Made by a program: the position numbers and the translations under genes. The notes under the pieces are model-generated. The model had not been told where the DNA came from. It worked only from the letters and a program-made list of their open reading frames with translations, and did not search any database. Below, one piece after another: positions 1 to 9,721 of a stretch of 64,000 nucleotides of DNA. Source of the stretch: an uncultured delta proteobacterium (GTDB lineage: Bacteria; Myxococcota_A; Polyangia; Polyangiales; JAFGIB01); the NCBI GenBank assembly GCA_963778655.1, contig CAVZVA010000010.1, forward strand, positions 384,001-448,000, read 5' to 3'. Within the stretch, counting starts at the first letter, position 1; each line of letters opens with the position of its first letter.

Positions 1-289
1 GCACCTGGTGCAACAGCCGCTCTTCCTCGCCGGTGAGGTTACCGCGCGTCTTCTCCTCCAGAATGCACAGCATGTCGATGGTGTGGCGCGCCATCGGCAG
101 ATTGGGCTCACCTTGGCCGCCCGCTTCGGGCGTCTCGCCCAGGTGCATCAGGGCCGAGGTGTTCAGAGACAGCACCAGGATGTTGAAATCGATCGGCGCG
201 ATCCGGCTCGCCGCCGACTCGAAAGCGGCCTCGTCGGGGTCGCGCTCGCTGGGGTTGTCTTCGTCCTGGCTCACGGCTGGGAGCTCCAT
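1..289 (-). CDS. DUF1844-family protein, truncated by the window edge
   Basis: Not in the ORF track. Manual translation from ATG 289 (or GTG 274) gives ...IDFNILVLSLNTSALMHLGE...NLPMARHTIDMLCILEEKTRGNLTGEEERLL, the typical DUF1844 pattern. Confidence 0.8.
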   Translation of the reverse strand, partial: MELPAVSQDEDNPSERDPDEAAFESAASRIAPIDFNILVLSLNTSALMHLGETPEAGGQGEPNLPMARHTIDMLCILEEKTRGNLTGEEERLLHQV

Positions 290-305
290 CGTCGCGGCGC
301 GACGT

Positions 306-653
306 TCACAGCGACGGCAGCGGGGCCTCCTCCGCATCCACGCGCGGGGCCTCCTCCGCATCCACGCGCGGGGCCTCTGCCGCGTCCGCGCGCGGAGCCG
401 CTGCCGCGTCCACGCGCGGGGCCTCTGCCGCGTCCACGCGCGGGGCCTCTGCCGTCTCCAGCCGCGGAGCGCCGGAGCGCAGCCCGCTGGAGGCCGCGGC
501 TACCACCGTGCCGTCGCCGGAGGCTCGCGCGATCGACCCGCTCAAGTCGGGAAGCGCATCCAGCCTGCGCCGATACTCGGCGGCACCGAGCTTCCCGTTC
601 TTGATATTCCTTTCCACCACGCGCTTGTCGATTAGGAAGTCGTCCAACGTCAT
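306..653 (-). CDS. Small hypothetical protein with C-terminal 8-aa tandem repeat
   Basis: ATG at 653 preceded by GGAGGAG; MTLDDFLIDKRVVERNIKNGKLGAAEYRRRLDALPD followed by (EAPRVDAA/E)n. Confidence 0.75.
   Translation of the reverse strand: MTLDDFLIDKRVVERNIKNGKLGAAEYRRRLDALPDLSGSIARASGDGTVVAAASSGLRSGAPRLETAEAPRVDAAEAPRVDAAAAPRADAAEAPRVDAEEAPRVDAEEAPLPSL
322..454. repeat. 24-bp coding tandem repeat, about 5.5 copies
   Basis: Unit ggggcctc(c/t)(t/g)ccgc(a/g)tccacgcgc starting at 322, 346, 370, 394, 418 and 442. Confidence 0.9.
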
Positions 654-676
654 CAGCCAACTCCTCCGACCGCCAG

Positions 677-704
677 AGTGTAGGTAAGCACGGTCCTCTG
701 TCAA
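677..704 (-). promoter_or_regulatory. Sigma70-type promoter for the 653 gene
   Basis: Minus strand reads TTGACA-N16-TACACT just upstream of the GGAGGAG RBS. Confidence 0.6.
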
Positions 705-899
705 CGCGCCCCGCCCGACGCGCATGTCGCCGCGCTCCGCCGTGCTCGAGGACGCGGCCCCGCAGCTTTGCTCCTCGCACGCCTCGCGCTCTGCCGCAAG
801 CGCAGCGAGCCCCACGCGCGGATGGGCCGGTTGGCACTACTGTTCCCAGTCCCATCGCAGTCGCCTTTCCACGCGGGACGGGCGCGTGCCCCCTCGCGT

Positions 900-3800
900 T
901 CAAAACAACCCGATCGAAAAATGCACGGCGTTGCTTCGCTCCAGGAGCGCCTTGCGCGGGCTCAGGTTGAAACCCCAGTCGAGCGCAAGCGGCCCGACCG
1001 GGGTGCTCAGCCGCAGGCCGAAGCCGGCGGTGGGCCGCAGCTTGAACGGGTCCAGATTCGCGGCATCGGCCCATAAGTTACCGAGGTCGCTGAACACGCC
1101 GCCGTGTAGCTCGTGGTAGATCGGAAAGCGCAACTCGCCGCGCACCAACACGAACGCGTCGCCGCTGCGCACGATTGCGTTGGGGTCGAGCTTGGGGTCC
1201 TTTGCGATCTGGTCGGCGACGTCCTGTGGGATCATCTCGTCTTCCAGATAGCCGCGCACCGTCTCCACGCCGCCCAGGAAGAACGCGCGGTTGGGGTAAG
1301 TCTGCGAATCGCTGGTCAGGTGGAAGATGCGGCCCACGCGCACCTGGCCGGCCAGCACCAGGTCGCGGCCGAGCGGCACATAGCCGCTGCTGGTCACGCT
1401 GAGCTTCAGAAAGCGGCTGACGAAGTCCTTCATCGTTTCCTCGCTCTGCTGCCCGTTGAGCGTGCGCGCCAGCTCGAGGCCGGTGGAGAGGAAGTAGCCC
1501 CGGGTGGGCGTGAAGGGGCTGTCCCGCCGGTCGTAGCTCACGGTGGAGCGCGCCCCGATCAAGGTGGAGGCGCCTTGTGGAACGCGCAGCAGCCGGCGCA
1601 GGCGCGGGCTGGTCACGGTCTTGAGGTAGTCCGCCAGCGCCCCGGCCACGAACAGATCGACGTTGTTGTTCTCGAGATCACCGCCCAGGGTGACGGTCAG
1701 GTTGCGCAACGGGGTGTGGGCAAAGGTCAGACCAATCGCGTTCTGATCGAGCCCGAAATCGCGCTCGTTGTCGCGCACATGCACCAAATCGAGCGAGGTG
1801 CGGACACGGCCGAAGCCCGGCAGGCGCGGAATCGTGGTGTTGAGCGAGACGCGACGCTCGAGCCGGTCCTGCACGTCGAGCTGGGCGTAGCGCTCGGCCA
1901 CCACCGGGTCGACGAAAAACACCTGATAGGCGAACTGCACCCGCAGCGTGAGCCCGACCGCCTGGCCGAACAGGTCGCGATAGCCGTACTCGAAACCGCT
2001 GCGGATGCCCTGTCCCGAGCTGAGGCCGGCGCTGAAGCCCAAGAACTGGCTGCGCCGCTCGCTCACCGTCACCAGCACCGATTTGACCCGCGCGGGCAAC
2101 TCGGGATCCTGTAGCGCGACCGACACGCCGGTGAACACGCCGAGCGTGCCGAGCTCGCGCTCGCTCTCGCGCGCCAGCGAAGGCCGGAACAGGTCACCCG
2201 GCTCGAGCTTGAGCGTGCGGCGGATCAGAGTCGGGCTGGTGCGGTCGGCCCCCTGGATCACGATGCGGTCGATGTAGACGGGAAAGCTCTCCACCACCTG
2301 CAGATCGACCTTGGCGCGCGTGCGGTCGCCGCTGAGCTCCACTTTGGGCTCGACTTTGGCGAACGCGTAGCCCTTCTCACGGTAGGCATCGAGCATGCGT
2401 CGGCGCGCTTCCTCGAGCGCGACGTAGCTGAACGGCTGGTTGCTCTGCAAGCCGGCCGCGAGCAGCAGCTCGCGCGGCGAGATCGCCTCGGCGCCGCGGA
2501 TCGAGACCTCGTAGAGCAGGGTGCGCGGCCCCTCCACCACCGAGATCAGCACCGCGGCGCGATCCTTGCCGATCAGCTGCAGCTCGGGCGGGTCCACCTG
2601 GACCGAGAGATAGCCGTCGGTGTGGTAGAGCTCGACGATGTGGTCGATCGCCTTCTTGTACGCGGGCTCGTAGTAGAACTGCTCGGGGTTGGTGAGCGGC
2701 GGGCGTGGCACGTCGCGCTTGCGCCCCGCGGGCTGGCCCTGCAGCATGCGGTCGACGACCTCGGAGTCGACCGGCGCGGCCAGGGTCGATCCGGGCAGGT
2801 CCTCAGACAGGTAGGAGAAGAGCTGGTCGCGCAGGAAGTCGCGGCTGAAGTGGCGCGCGCCCGCGAAGCTGACCGCGACCACCCGCAGCTGCTTGCCGGC
2901 ATCGATGCCGATGAACAGCACCGCAGTGCCGGGCTTGCGGCCGCGGTAGGTCTCAATCTGGGCCTTGGTTCCGCGGTAGCCGTGGCGCGCGTAGAAGTCC
3001 AGCAAGCGCTCGGCCAGGCTGTGGCGCAGCAGCGTCGGGGTGAGCCGCTCGCGCTCGACCCCGAGCAGATCCACAATCTCGCTGCGCGAAAACGGCTCGT
3101 TGCCGGCAACCACCACGCGGTAGCGCGGCCCCAGCCGCGACGGGATGGCTACGAACGCGGACTCGCCGCGCACGGTGACCAGGGGCGCGCCGAGCGCCGC
3201 GGCCAGGTAGCCGCGCTGGCGCAGGAACGCCTCGGCCTTGGTCACGTCGTCGGTCAGCTTGTGGCGGTCGAGCACCGAGCCCTCGGCGCTGTCCATCGCC
3301 CCGAGCACCGCGACCGGATCGAGCGGTTGGTCGCCTTCGAACCGGATCGCGGCGATACGGGTGGGCGCGCCTTCCTCGATGCGCACCATCAGCACCTTGC
3401 GCGCGGGGTCGTCGGTGTCGCGCAGGGAAACGTCGACCTGCGCCTGCAGGTAGCCGTGCTCGGCGTACAGCCCGGCCACCGCGCGCGAGAGCTGTGGCAG
3501 CTGCTGGGTCGACACCTCCGAGCCCGCCGACAGGCCCAGCGCCTCTCGGATCGCCTGCTCGTCCAGGCGTCGATTGCCCGCTATGTCGAGCCGGTGCAGC
3601 ACGATGCGCGGGGTCAGCCACACCACCAACTTGACCCCTCCCGGAACCGCCGCGCCGTCGACCTGCACGTCGGTCCAGCGCCCGCTCGCGAGCAGGCGAC
3701 GAATCGCCGCACGCACCACCGCGCGGTTGAGCGGCGCGCCGAGCGGGACGCCGGCATCGCGCGCCGGGGCGATGGCGGCGGCCTCGCCCGCGATCTGCAC

Positions 3801-3920
3801 CTCGACGATCGGCTGTCCCAGCAGCTCCCGCGGCACGTCGGCGCGCGCCGCCGGCGCAAGCCAGAGCGCGGCCGCCAGCAGCGACCCGCAGAGCACGGGC
3901 AGACGCAACGCTCTGGACAC
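900..3920 (-). CDS. Omp85 (TamA/BamA) family outer-membrane assembly protein with multiple POTRA domains
   Basis: Signal peptide; repeated POTRA-like segments (Y...GY...V.....I.EG); barrel motifs FFLGG.ETVRGY and GFGLRLSTPVGPLALDWG; C-terminal FSIGLF. Confidence 0.9.
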   Translation of the reverse strand: MSRALRLPVLCGSLLAAALWLAPAARADVPRELLGQPIVEVQIAGEAAAIAPARDAGVPLGAPLNRAVVRAAIRRLLASGRWTDVQVDGAAVPGGVKLVVWLTPRIVLHRLDIAGNRRLDEQAIREALGLSAGSEVSTQQLPQLSRAVAGLYAEHGYLQAQVDVSLRDTDDPARKVLMVRIEEGAPTRIAAIRFEGDQPLDPVAVLGAMDSAEGSVLDRHKLTDDVTKAEAFLRQRGYLAAALGAPLVTVRGESAFVAIPSRLGPRYRVVVAGNEPFSRSEIVDLLGVERERLTPTLLRHSLAERLLDFYARHGYRGTKAQIETYRGRKPGTAVLFIGIDAGKQLRVVAVSFAGARHFSRDFLRDQLFSYLSEDLPGSTLAAPVDSEVVDRMLQGQPAGRKRDVPRPPLTNPEQFYYEPAYKKAIDHIVELYHTDGYLSVQVDPPELQLIGKDRAAVLISVVEGPRTLLYEVSIRGAEAISPRELLLAAGLQSNQPFSYVALEEARRRMLDAYREKGYAFAKVEPKVELSGDRTRAKVDLQVVESFPVYIDRIVIQGADRTSPTLIRRTLKLEPGDLFRPSLARESERELGTLGVFTGVSVALQDPELPARVKSVLVTVSERRSQFLGFSAGLSSGQGIRSGFEYGYRDLFGQAVGLTLRVQFAYQVFFVDPVVAERYAQLDVQDRLERRVSLNTTIPRLPGFGRVRTSLDLVHVRDNERDFGLDQNAIGLTFAHTPLRNLTVTLGGDLENNNVDLFVAGALADYLKTVTSPRLRRLLRVPQGASTLIGARSTVSYDRRDSPFTPTRGYFLSTGLELARTLNGQQSEETMKDFVSRFLKLSVTSSGYVPLGRDLVLAGQVRVGRIFHLTSDSQTYPNRAFFLGGVETVRGYLEDEMIPQDVADQIAKDPKLDPNAIVRSGDAFVLVRGELRFPIYHELHGGVFSDLGNLWADAANLDPFKLRPTAGFGLRLSTPVGPLALDWGFNLSPRKALLERSNAVHFSIGLF

Positions 3921-4087
3921 TCGCGCCGAAGCCTATACCACGACGCGCGCCGGCGTGGACGTACCACGCAACCCGCTACCGGGTCGTCCGACAGCCGCCG
4001 TCGGCCGCAGCTCGAGTCGTACCAGCAGAAGCGCCGCCACCCGGGCATGTTCGCGCGCCTGCTACGCGAGCAACTGCTTTCTCGGAT

Positions 4088-7000
4088 TTAGTCGAATTCC
4101 AGCCGCCACTTCAGATCCACGCCGACGTCGCCGAGCTGGGAGGCGCTGGTGGTGTTCTGGTTGTTGTAGACGGCCTGCACGCTGGTCTTGTCGTTGAGCT
4201 CGAGCTCGAGGCCGGTCTTGAAGTCGCGCGATTCGGCGATCCCGGTCGAGGCGCTCAGGCGCACGTTTTCGGCGATGCGCTTGCCGATCACGAGCTGCGG
4301 CTCGGTGCGGTTGGTGCGCTCGGAGTAGGCGCTGGCGATGTGGAAGTCGTCGATCTGCGGCAGCGCGCGGTGCACCTCCCCGCTGACCCCGGTCACCGTG
4401 GCCAGCGCCTCCAGCGCGGCGGTGCTGGCGAGCTCGCTGGTCTGCAGCTGCGCCAGCTCGGCGTGAGTCATGCCCACGGTCAGCAGCAGCGCGATGTCGT
4501 CCTCCGACAGGTAGGGATCGCTCGAGAGCTCGAACTGGAAGTGATCGCGGCTGCCGAAGGCGTGGATCTCGATGCGCCAGTCGGAACGGTCGGCGGTGCG
4601 CCGCACCTCGGTCGTGGCGCGCAGGTCGAAGCGCGGATCGATACGCGTCTCGTCGTCGAAGTGCACGTCACCCTGGCGGATGTCGAAGGTGCGCTCGCGG
4701 AAGCGGATCTTGCCCTTGCGCACGCTCATGCTGCCGACCACGCCCAGGCGTTGGTCGGTGCCGACCAGCCGGAACGGCAGCTTGTCGGTCTCCAGGCGCA
4801 GCTCGGCGTCGATCAGGTTGTTGTTGATGCGCAGCGGCTTGGCCTGCTCGACCTCGAAGTCCACCGCCAGCATGTCCAAGCGCGGGTCGTAGCTCGTCGT
4901 GGCCGCACGCTCGGGGGCGGCGATCTCGCCGATCGTGCGCTCCATCTTGATCGGACGCTTGTAGGTCAGCTCGTCCAGACGCAGCTTGCCGCCCAGCAGC
5001 GGCAGGCGGTCGCCCTGCTTCCAGCTCAGCCGCCCGCGGCCGCCGAGCTTGAGGTCGATGCCATCGCGCGGGCTGAACGCCATGCCCGTGGCGTTGATGT
5101 CGATCGCGTAACTGCCGATGCTGCGGCCTGCAAGCTCGGCCGCGCCGCTCCACTCCACCTTGCCGCCCGCCACCTTGGCCGAGAAGTCCTCGAGCAGCAC
5201 CCGCCGCTCGCTGAAGGTCACCTTGCCGCTGACCTCGCGCACCGCCTCCGGGAAGGACGCCACGCGCAGCGCGGCGTCGCGCACCACGGCCTGCCCGTAG
5301 ACCGCCGGCTGCTCCAGCGGCCCGCTCACGCGGAAGCTCGCCGCCAGCGTGCCGGAGGCCTCGGTCACGGTGCGCGACAGGGTCGAGAGCAGGCCCAGGT
5401 CGACGCTGCCGTCGAAGCTCAGCGCGAGCCCGCCCGAGAGCGAGCCGCCGCCGCTGATGTCGAGCTCGGACGAGGGCCCGGCCAACTTCGCGCTCACCAC
5501 CTCGAAGCTGCCGTGGTCGAAGCGCACGTCGAGCGGCCCCTCGTTGCGCAGCTCGACGTCGGTCTCGCCCACGCGCAGCTGCCGCAGGCGCAGCTCGCCT
5601 GCGAGTGTCTCGAGCTGGCCGAGCGAGCCGTCGCGCAGCGTGAGCGAGCCGCTGGCGGTGCCGTGCAGCGGCTGGTGCGCGCGCGCGCGCGGCAGAAAGC
5701 GCCCGAAGCTCAGGCCGCGCAGGCCGATGCGGCCGCGCAGCGGGTGCTGCTCGGTGCGGCCGATCGCCAGGTCCACCTCCAGCTTGTCGTCGAGCGCGTG
5801 CCCGCACACCACGAACGCCATCGGCTGATCGAGCCGCGGCTGCGGGCCCTCGCTGGTGTGCAGCGGCGGGTCCTCGGGCCAGACCCCGCGCGCCAGGCCC
5901 TCGCGCGCGTGGCCGCAGGGCGCGTCGGCCGGCGGCGCGCCCTCCTTCCAGCGTAACGCCTCGGCGATCCACGGGTCGTTCTTGTCGGTCAGGCGCACGT
6001 AGGCGCGGCCGTCGCCGATCGGCTCGCCCGAGAGCCGCAGCCCGGTGCCGGTGAGCTCGAGGTCGGCGCGCGGGTCGGCGGCGGTACCCTTGAGCGTGCC
6101 GGTCACCGCCAGCGAGCCGTCGAGCGCGGGCAAGCGGTCGCGCAGGCCCTCGGTGTCGTGGACCGCGAGCTGGTCGCCGAGCACGACGAAGTCGAGCAGC
6201 CCGCCCGGGCGCATGCGGCCGGACAGGTTGAGCGTGCCCTTGCCCTTGCGCAGAGACAGCCGCTGCACTTGCAGGTCGCCGCTCTTGTAGCCGAGGGTAT
6301 GGTCCAGCCAGGTGAAGCTGCCCGCGAAGCGACCGTTCTCGAACGCGTAGCCATCGAGCGTGGCCTCCGGGATGGCGAGGTCGAGGGCGGCGTGCATGGT
6401 TCCGTTCTTGGAATCGCCCGGGTAGCCCATGGTGTAGCCGATCGCGACATCGCCGCTCACCACACCCTGATAAGGCTCGTAGCGCTCGTCGCCGTCGTAG
6501 TGGAAGATGCGGTAGAAGTCGGCCAGCTCCAGCCGTTGCAGCGAGAGCGCGCCGCCGGTGCGGAACGCGTCCTTGCGGAAGTCGAGGAAGCCGCCGTCGA
6601 TGGCGTAGCGGCTCTGGTTCTTGGTGGCGTCGATGTGCGGGAAGCGCACGCCCATCAGATCGCGATCGACCTCGAACGCCGTCTGCACGTCGCCGAAGTC
6701 GAAGCCGCCGAAGCTGTAGTCGGCGACCTTGACCTGGCCACGCACCACCGGGTCGGAGAAGGTGCCGGAGACGTCGGTGGTGAAGCCGCCGTGCCCGCCG
6801 ATCGGCAGGTCGATCAACGGCGAGCAATCGGCGAGGTTCCAGTCGAGCCCCTGGGCGTGAACGCGCAACACGTTGTCGAAGCCGAGCAGCACGGTGGCAT
6901 TGAGCCGAGAGCGCGGCAGCTCGATGTCGATGTCCTGCAGGTGGATCCCGTCCGGGCGCACCATCACGCCGCCCACCAGCTTGGCGCTGCTGACGCCGAG

Positions 7001-8278
7001 GATGCGTCGCTCGGGCGGCGGCGCGTGCCAGGCGTGGCGCAGCACCTTGAAGTCGCGCGTGGGCATGCGCAGCGGCCCCGAGAGGGCCAGCGGATGAAGG
7101 GTCCCGCTGAGGTCGAAATTGCCGGCCAGGGTCCAGTCGACGATCGCGTTGGGTGAGACGCCCAGCTGCTCCATCAGCTTGGCGAAGCTGACGTCGTGCA
7201 CGCTGGCTCGCAGCTGCAGCGGCAGGCCCTTGCGCAGCCCCAGGCTGCCGTCGAGATCGACGCTTCCGCCGTCACGGATCAGGCGCGAGACCCCCTGGAA
7301 CGCGATCTTGGTCGGGTCGACGCGCAAGTCGAGCGTGACGCGCTCGCCCAGGCCGAACTGCTTGACCACCGCGCGTTCGAGCACCAGCTGGCCGCTGCCG
7401 CGGGGGCCGCGCCGGCCGCCCTCGAGCTTGGCATTGAGCTGCAGCTCGCCCTCGAGGTGGGGCAGCGTGAAGCCGTGCGGCCAGCGTTCCAGCTGCGGCA
7501 AAAACAGGCTCAATGCGAGACGCCCGCGGTAGTAGTCGAGACCCGGCAGCGCCAGCTCGGCCTCGCGCAACCCCAGCTTGAGCTCGGGCGTCTCCAGGCG
7601 GAACACATCGACGTTGAGCGCGTGCGGCGAATAGGTGCCGAGCAGCTTGAGGCGCGACAGCACGTCGCGGCCGGTGGCGTGGCGCACGAAGCCGCCGGAG
7701 GCCTGCAGGCGCAGGTTGAGCAGGCGCGGGCTCACCACGGTGAAGGCGATGTCGATGTCGCGCACCTCGCCGTGCGCGATCGGGTCTGCGTCGACCACCA
7801 GTCGCCCCTGCTCGATCAACAACGCGTGAAAGGGCAGGTCGAGCTGGTCGCCGCTGGGCCGCGCGCTGGTGTGGAGCCGCGGCAGGTTCTGGATGCGGCC
7901 GTTGCGAACCTTGAGCCAGACGGTGGCGTGCTCGATCGTGATCTTGTGCAGGTCCAGCTTGCCGTGCAGCAGCGCCCACCAGGAGGGCCGGATCTCCAGC
8001 CAGGCGGCCTTGGCGAAGCGCCCATACTTGGGGTGGATCAGCACGATGCCGTCCGCGACCACGGTCAGGCGCTCGGGGTCGACGCGCACCTGGTCGATCT
8101 GGGCGATCAGCCCGAGCTGCTCGCGTAGGGCGGCGGCGGCCTGCCGGCCGGCGTACGCGCGCACGAAGTCGGTCTGCGCCAGCGAGGCGGCCGCGACCGG
8201 CACCCCCAGCAGCAGCAGCCCGATCCCGAGCAGCCACTTCAGCCATCGCCTACGCGCTCGCGGAGCGGGCTCGACCAC
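4088..8278 (-). CDS. tamB: Translocation/assembly module TamB (AsmA-like)
   Basis: N-terminal TM anchor; long beta-taco-like body; C-terminal TamB motifs (DPRFDLRA, LSSDPYLSEDDIALLL, IGKRI, GVDLKWRLEF); adjacent to the Omp85 gene. Confidence 0.88.
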   Translation of the reverse strand: MVEPAPRARRRWLKWLLGIGLLLLGVPVAAASLAQTDFVRAYAGRQAAAALREQLGLIAQIDQVRVDPERLTVVADGIVLIHPKYGRFAKAAWLEIRPSWWALLHGKLDLHKITIEHATVWLKVRNGRIQNLPRLHTSARPSGDQLDLPFHALLIEQGRLVVDADPIAHGEVRDIDIAFTVVSPRLLNLRLQASGGFVRHATGRDVLSRLKLLGTYSPHALNVDVFRLETPELKLGLREAELALPGLDYYRGRLALSLFLPQLERWPHGFTLPHLEGELQLNAKLEGGRRGPRGSGQLVLERAVVKQFGLGERVTLDLRVDPTKIAFQGVSRLIRDGGSVDLDGSLGLRKGLPLQLRASVHDVSFAKLMEQLGVSPNAIVDWTLAGNFDLSGTLHPLALSGPLRMPTRDFKVLRHAWHAPPPERRILGVSSAKLVGGVMVRPDGIHLQDIDIELPRSRLNATVLLGFDNVLRVHAQGLDWNLADCSPLIDLPIGGHGGFTTDVSGTFSDPVVRGQVKVADYSFGGFDFGDVQTAFEVDRDLMGVRFPHIDATKNQSRYAIDGGFLDFRKDAFRTGGALSLQRLELADFYRIFHYDGDERYEPYQGVVSGDVAIGYTMGYPGDSKNGTMHAALDLAIPEATLDGYAFENGRFAGSFTWLDHTLGYKSGDLQVQRLSLRKGKGTLNLSGRMRPGGLLDFVVLGDQLAVHDTEGLRDRLPALDGSLAVTGTLKGTAADPRADLELTGTGLRLSGEPIGDGRAYVRLTDKNDPWIAEALRWKEGAPPADAPCGHAREGLARGVWPEDPPLHTSEGPQPRLDQPMAFVVCGHALDDKLEVDLAIGRTEQHPLRGRIGLRGLSFGRFLPRARAHQPLHGTASGSLTLRDGSLGQLETLAGELRLRQLRVGETDVELRNEGPLDVRFDHGSFEVVSAKLAGPSSELDISGGGSLSGGLALSFDGSVDLGLLSTLSRTVTEASGTLAASFRVSGPLEQPAVYGQAVVRDAALRVASFPEAVREVSGKVTFSERRVLLEDFSAKVAGGKVEWSGAAELAGRSIGSYAIDINATGMAFSPRDGIDLKLGGRGRLSWKQGDRLPLLGGKLRLDELTYKRPIKMERTIGEIAAPERAATTSYDPRLDMLAVDFEVEQAKPLRINNNLIDAELRLETDKLPFRLVGTDQRLGVVGSMSVRKGKIRFRERTFDIRQGDVHFDDETRIDPRFDLRATTEVRRTADRSDWRIEIHAFGSRDHFQFELSSDPYLSEDDIALLLTVGMTHAELAQLQTSELASTAALEALATVTGVSGEVHRALPQIDDFHIASAYSERTNRTEPQLVIGKRIAENVRLSASTGIAESRDFKTGLELELNDKTSVQAVYNNQNTTSASQLGDVGVDLKWRLEFD

Positions 8279-8421
8279 ACACTACCTCGGCTTACAAATT
8301 ACCACGCGACTGCCCGGCACGCCGCTTTGTAGCGGGACGGCCGCCGGCGGCTCGGCATTCTCGGGCGTGAGGCACATCTCCCGTAGACTTTAGGGGCCCG
8401 CGGTGTGCTAGGACACGGGCC

Positions 8422-8928
8422 ATGGAACCGGGCGAGCTGCTGCAGGGCCGGACGCGCGAGACGACCATCGTGCGCGACGCGCAAGGTCGCTGGTTCCACG
8501 ATGGCCAGCCGCTCGAGCACCCCAACCTCACGCGCGCTTTCGACCGCTGGATCGAGCGCGCCGGGGACGGCCGCTACTGCCTCAAGAACGGGATCAACTG
8601 GGCGTACTTCACGCTGCAGGGCCCGCCCTTCTTCGTGCGCTCGCTGCGCGTTCAGCCGGGGGGCCGGGTCGAGCTGCTGCTCTCCAACGACGCGCGCGAG
8701 CTGCTGCGCGCCGACAGCCTGCGCCTGGGTCCGGACGGAGCGCTCCACTGCGACGTGGGCGACGGCAGCATGGTCGCGCGCTTCGACCGCCATGCCGCCG
8801 CCCAGCTCGAGGCGCTGATCGGCGAGGACGGCCAGGGCGTGTACATCGAGCTCGAGGGCCGCCGGGTGCGTCCGCCGCAAGTGGCCGACCCACTACAGCC
8901 GCGGGCCGCAACCGGAGGCACGCCATGA
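8422..8928 (+). CDS. DUF1285-like protein
   Basis: IVRDAQGRWFHDGQPLEHP ... PFFVRS ... LSND ... ARFDRHA pattern; ATGA overlap with the next gene. Confidence 0.65.
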   Translation: MEPGELLQGRTRETTIVRDAQGRWFHDGQPLEHPNLTRAFDRWIERAGDGRYCLKNGINWAYFTLQGPPFFVRSLRVQPGGRVELLLSNDARELLRADSLRLGPDGALHCDVGDGSMVARFDRHAAAQLEALIGEDGQGVYIELEGRRVRPPQVADPLQPRAATGGTP

Positions 8929-9596
8929 GCAAGCCCACGCCCCCGACGCCGACACCCGCGGCCAGCCCGGCCGAACGGCTGACCCGCAACAAGCGCCGCG
9001 AGCTGATCGCGACCTTGATCGTGGCGTTGCTGGGCACCCCACTGGTGTTCATGTATGCGCGCGCGATGGCTTCGAGCGAGGCGCGGCGGCGTGAGACGCC
9101 GCTGCGCGCGCTGCTGGGCGACGACAGCTACGAGCGGCTCGCGCGCGGCGAGCGCACCGAAGAGAACTACCTGGGAGATCAGCTGCTGGCCCCCGATTTC
9201 ACGCTGCTCGATCGCAACGGCAAGCCGTGGCGGCTGCGCGACCACCGCGGCAAGGTGGTGGTGATGAACTTCTGGACCATGACCTGCGGGCCGTGCGTCC
9301 AGGAGCTGCCGAGCATCCTCGAGCTGGCCGACATGGCCAAGCACTCGGGCGACTTCGAGGTGGTGGCGGTCAGCACCGACAAGAGCTGGAACGAGGTCGC
9401 CGCGCTCTTCCCGCCGCAGTTCTCGCTGCGCGTGCTGTTCGATCCCGAGCGCAAGATCGTCAGCGGCAAGTTCGGCACGCGGCTGTTTCCGGAAACCTGG
9501 GTGATCGACCCGCGCGGGGTGATCCGACTGCGCGTCGACGGCCGCCGCGACTGGTCGGAGGCGCTCGCGGTCGACGTGATCGAGAGCTTCATGTAG
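8925..9596 (+). CDS. Membrane-anchored TlpA/ResA-family thiol-disulfide oxidoreductase
   Basis: TM anchor; APDFTL; GKVVVMNFW-TMT-CGPC (CxxC); cis-Pro motif FPETWVID. Confidence 0.9.
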   Translation: MSKPTPPTPTPAASPAERLTRNKRRELIATLIVALLGTPLVFMYARAMASSEARRRETPLRALLGDDSYERLARGERTEENYLGDQLLAPDFTLLDRNGKPWRLRDHRGKVVVMNFWTMTCGPCVQELPSILELADMAKHSGDFEVVAVSTDKSWNEVAALFPPQFSLRVLFDPERKIVSGKFGTRLFPETWVIDPRGVIRLRVDGRRDWSEALAVDVIESFM

Positions 9597-9621
9597 CTGG
9601 CGCAGGCCGATCCGAGGATTT

Positions 9622-9695
9622 CACAGGAAGACGGGAGGCGGGCAGCAGTCCAGCTCGAGCTTCCGCTCGTTCTTCCCGCCTTCCCGCTTTGCTGT
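9622..9695. repeat. REP-like palindrome of the 8-mer family (copy A)
   Basis: cacaggaag-acgggagg-cgggcag ... cttcccgc-cttcccgc-tttgctgt, between convergent genes. Confidence 0.7.
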
Positions 9696-9721
9696 TTTTC
9701 ACGCCCGGGCGCTGCCGAGCG

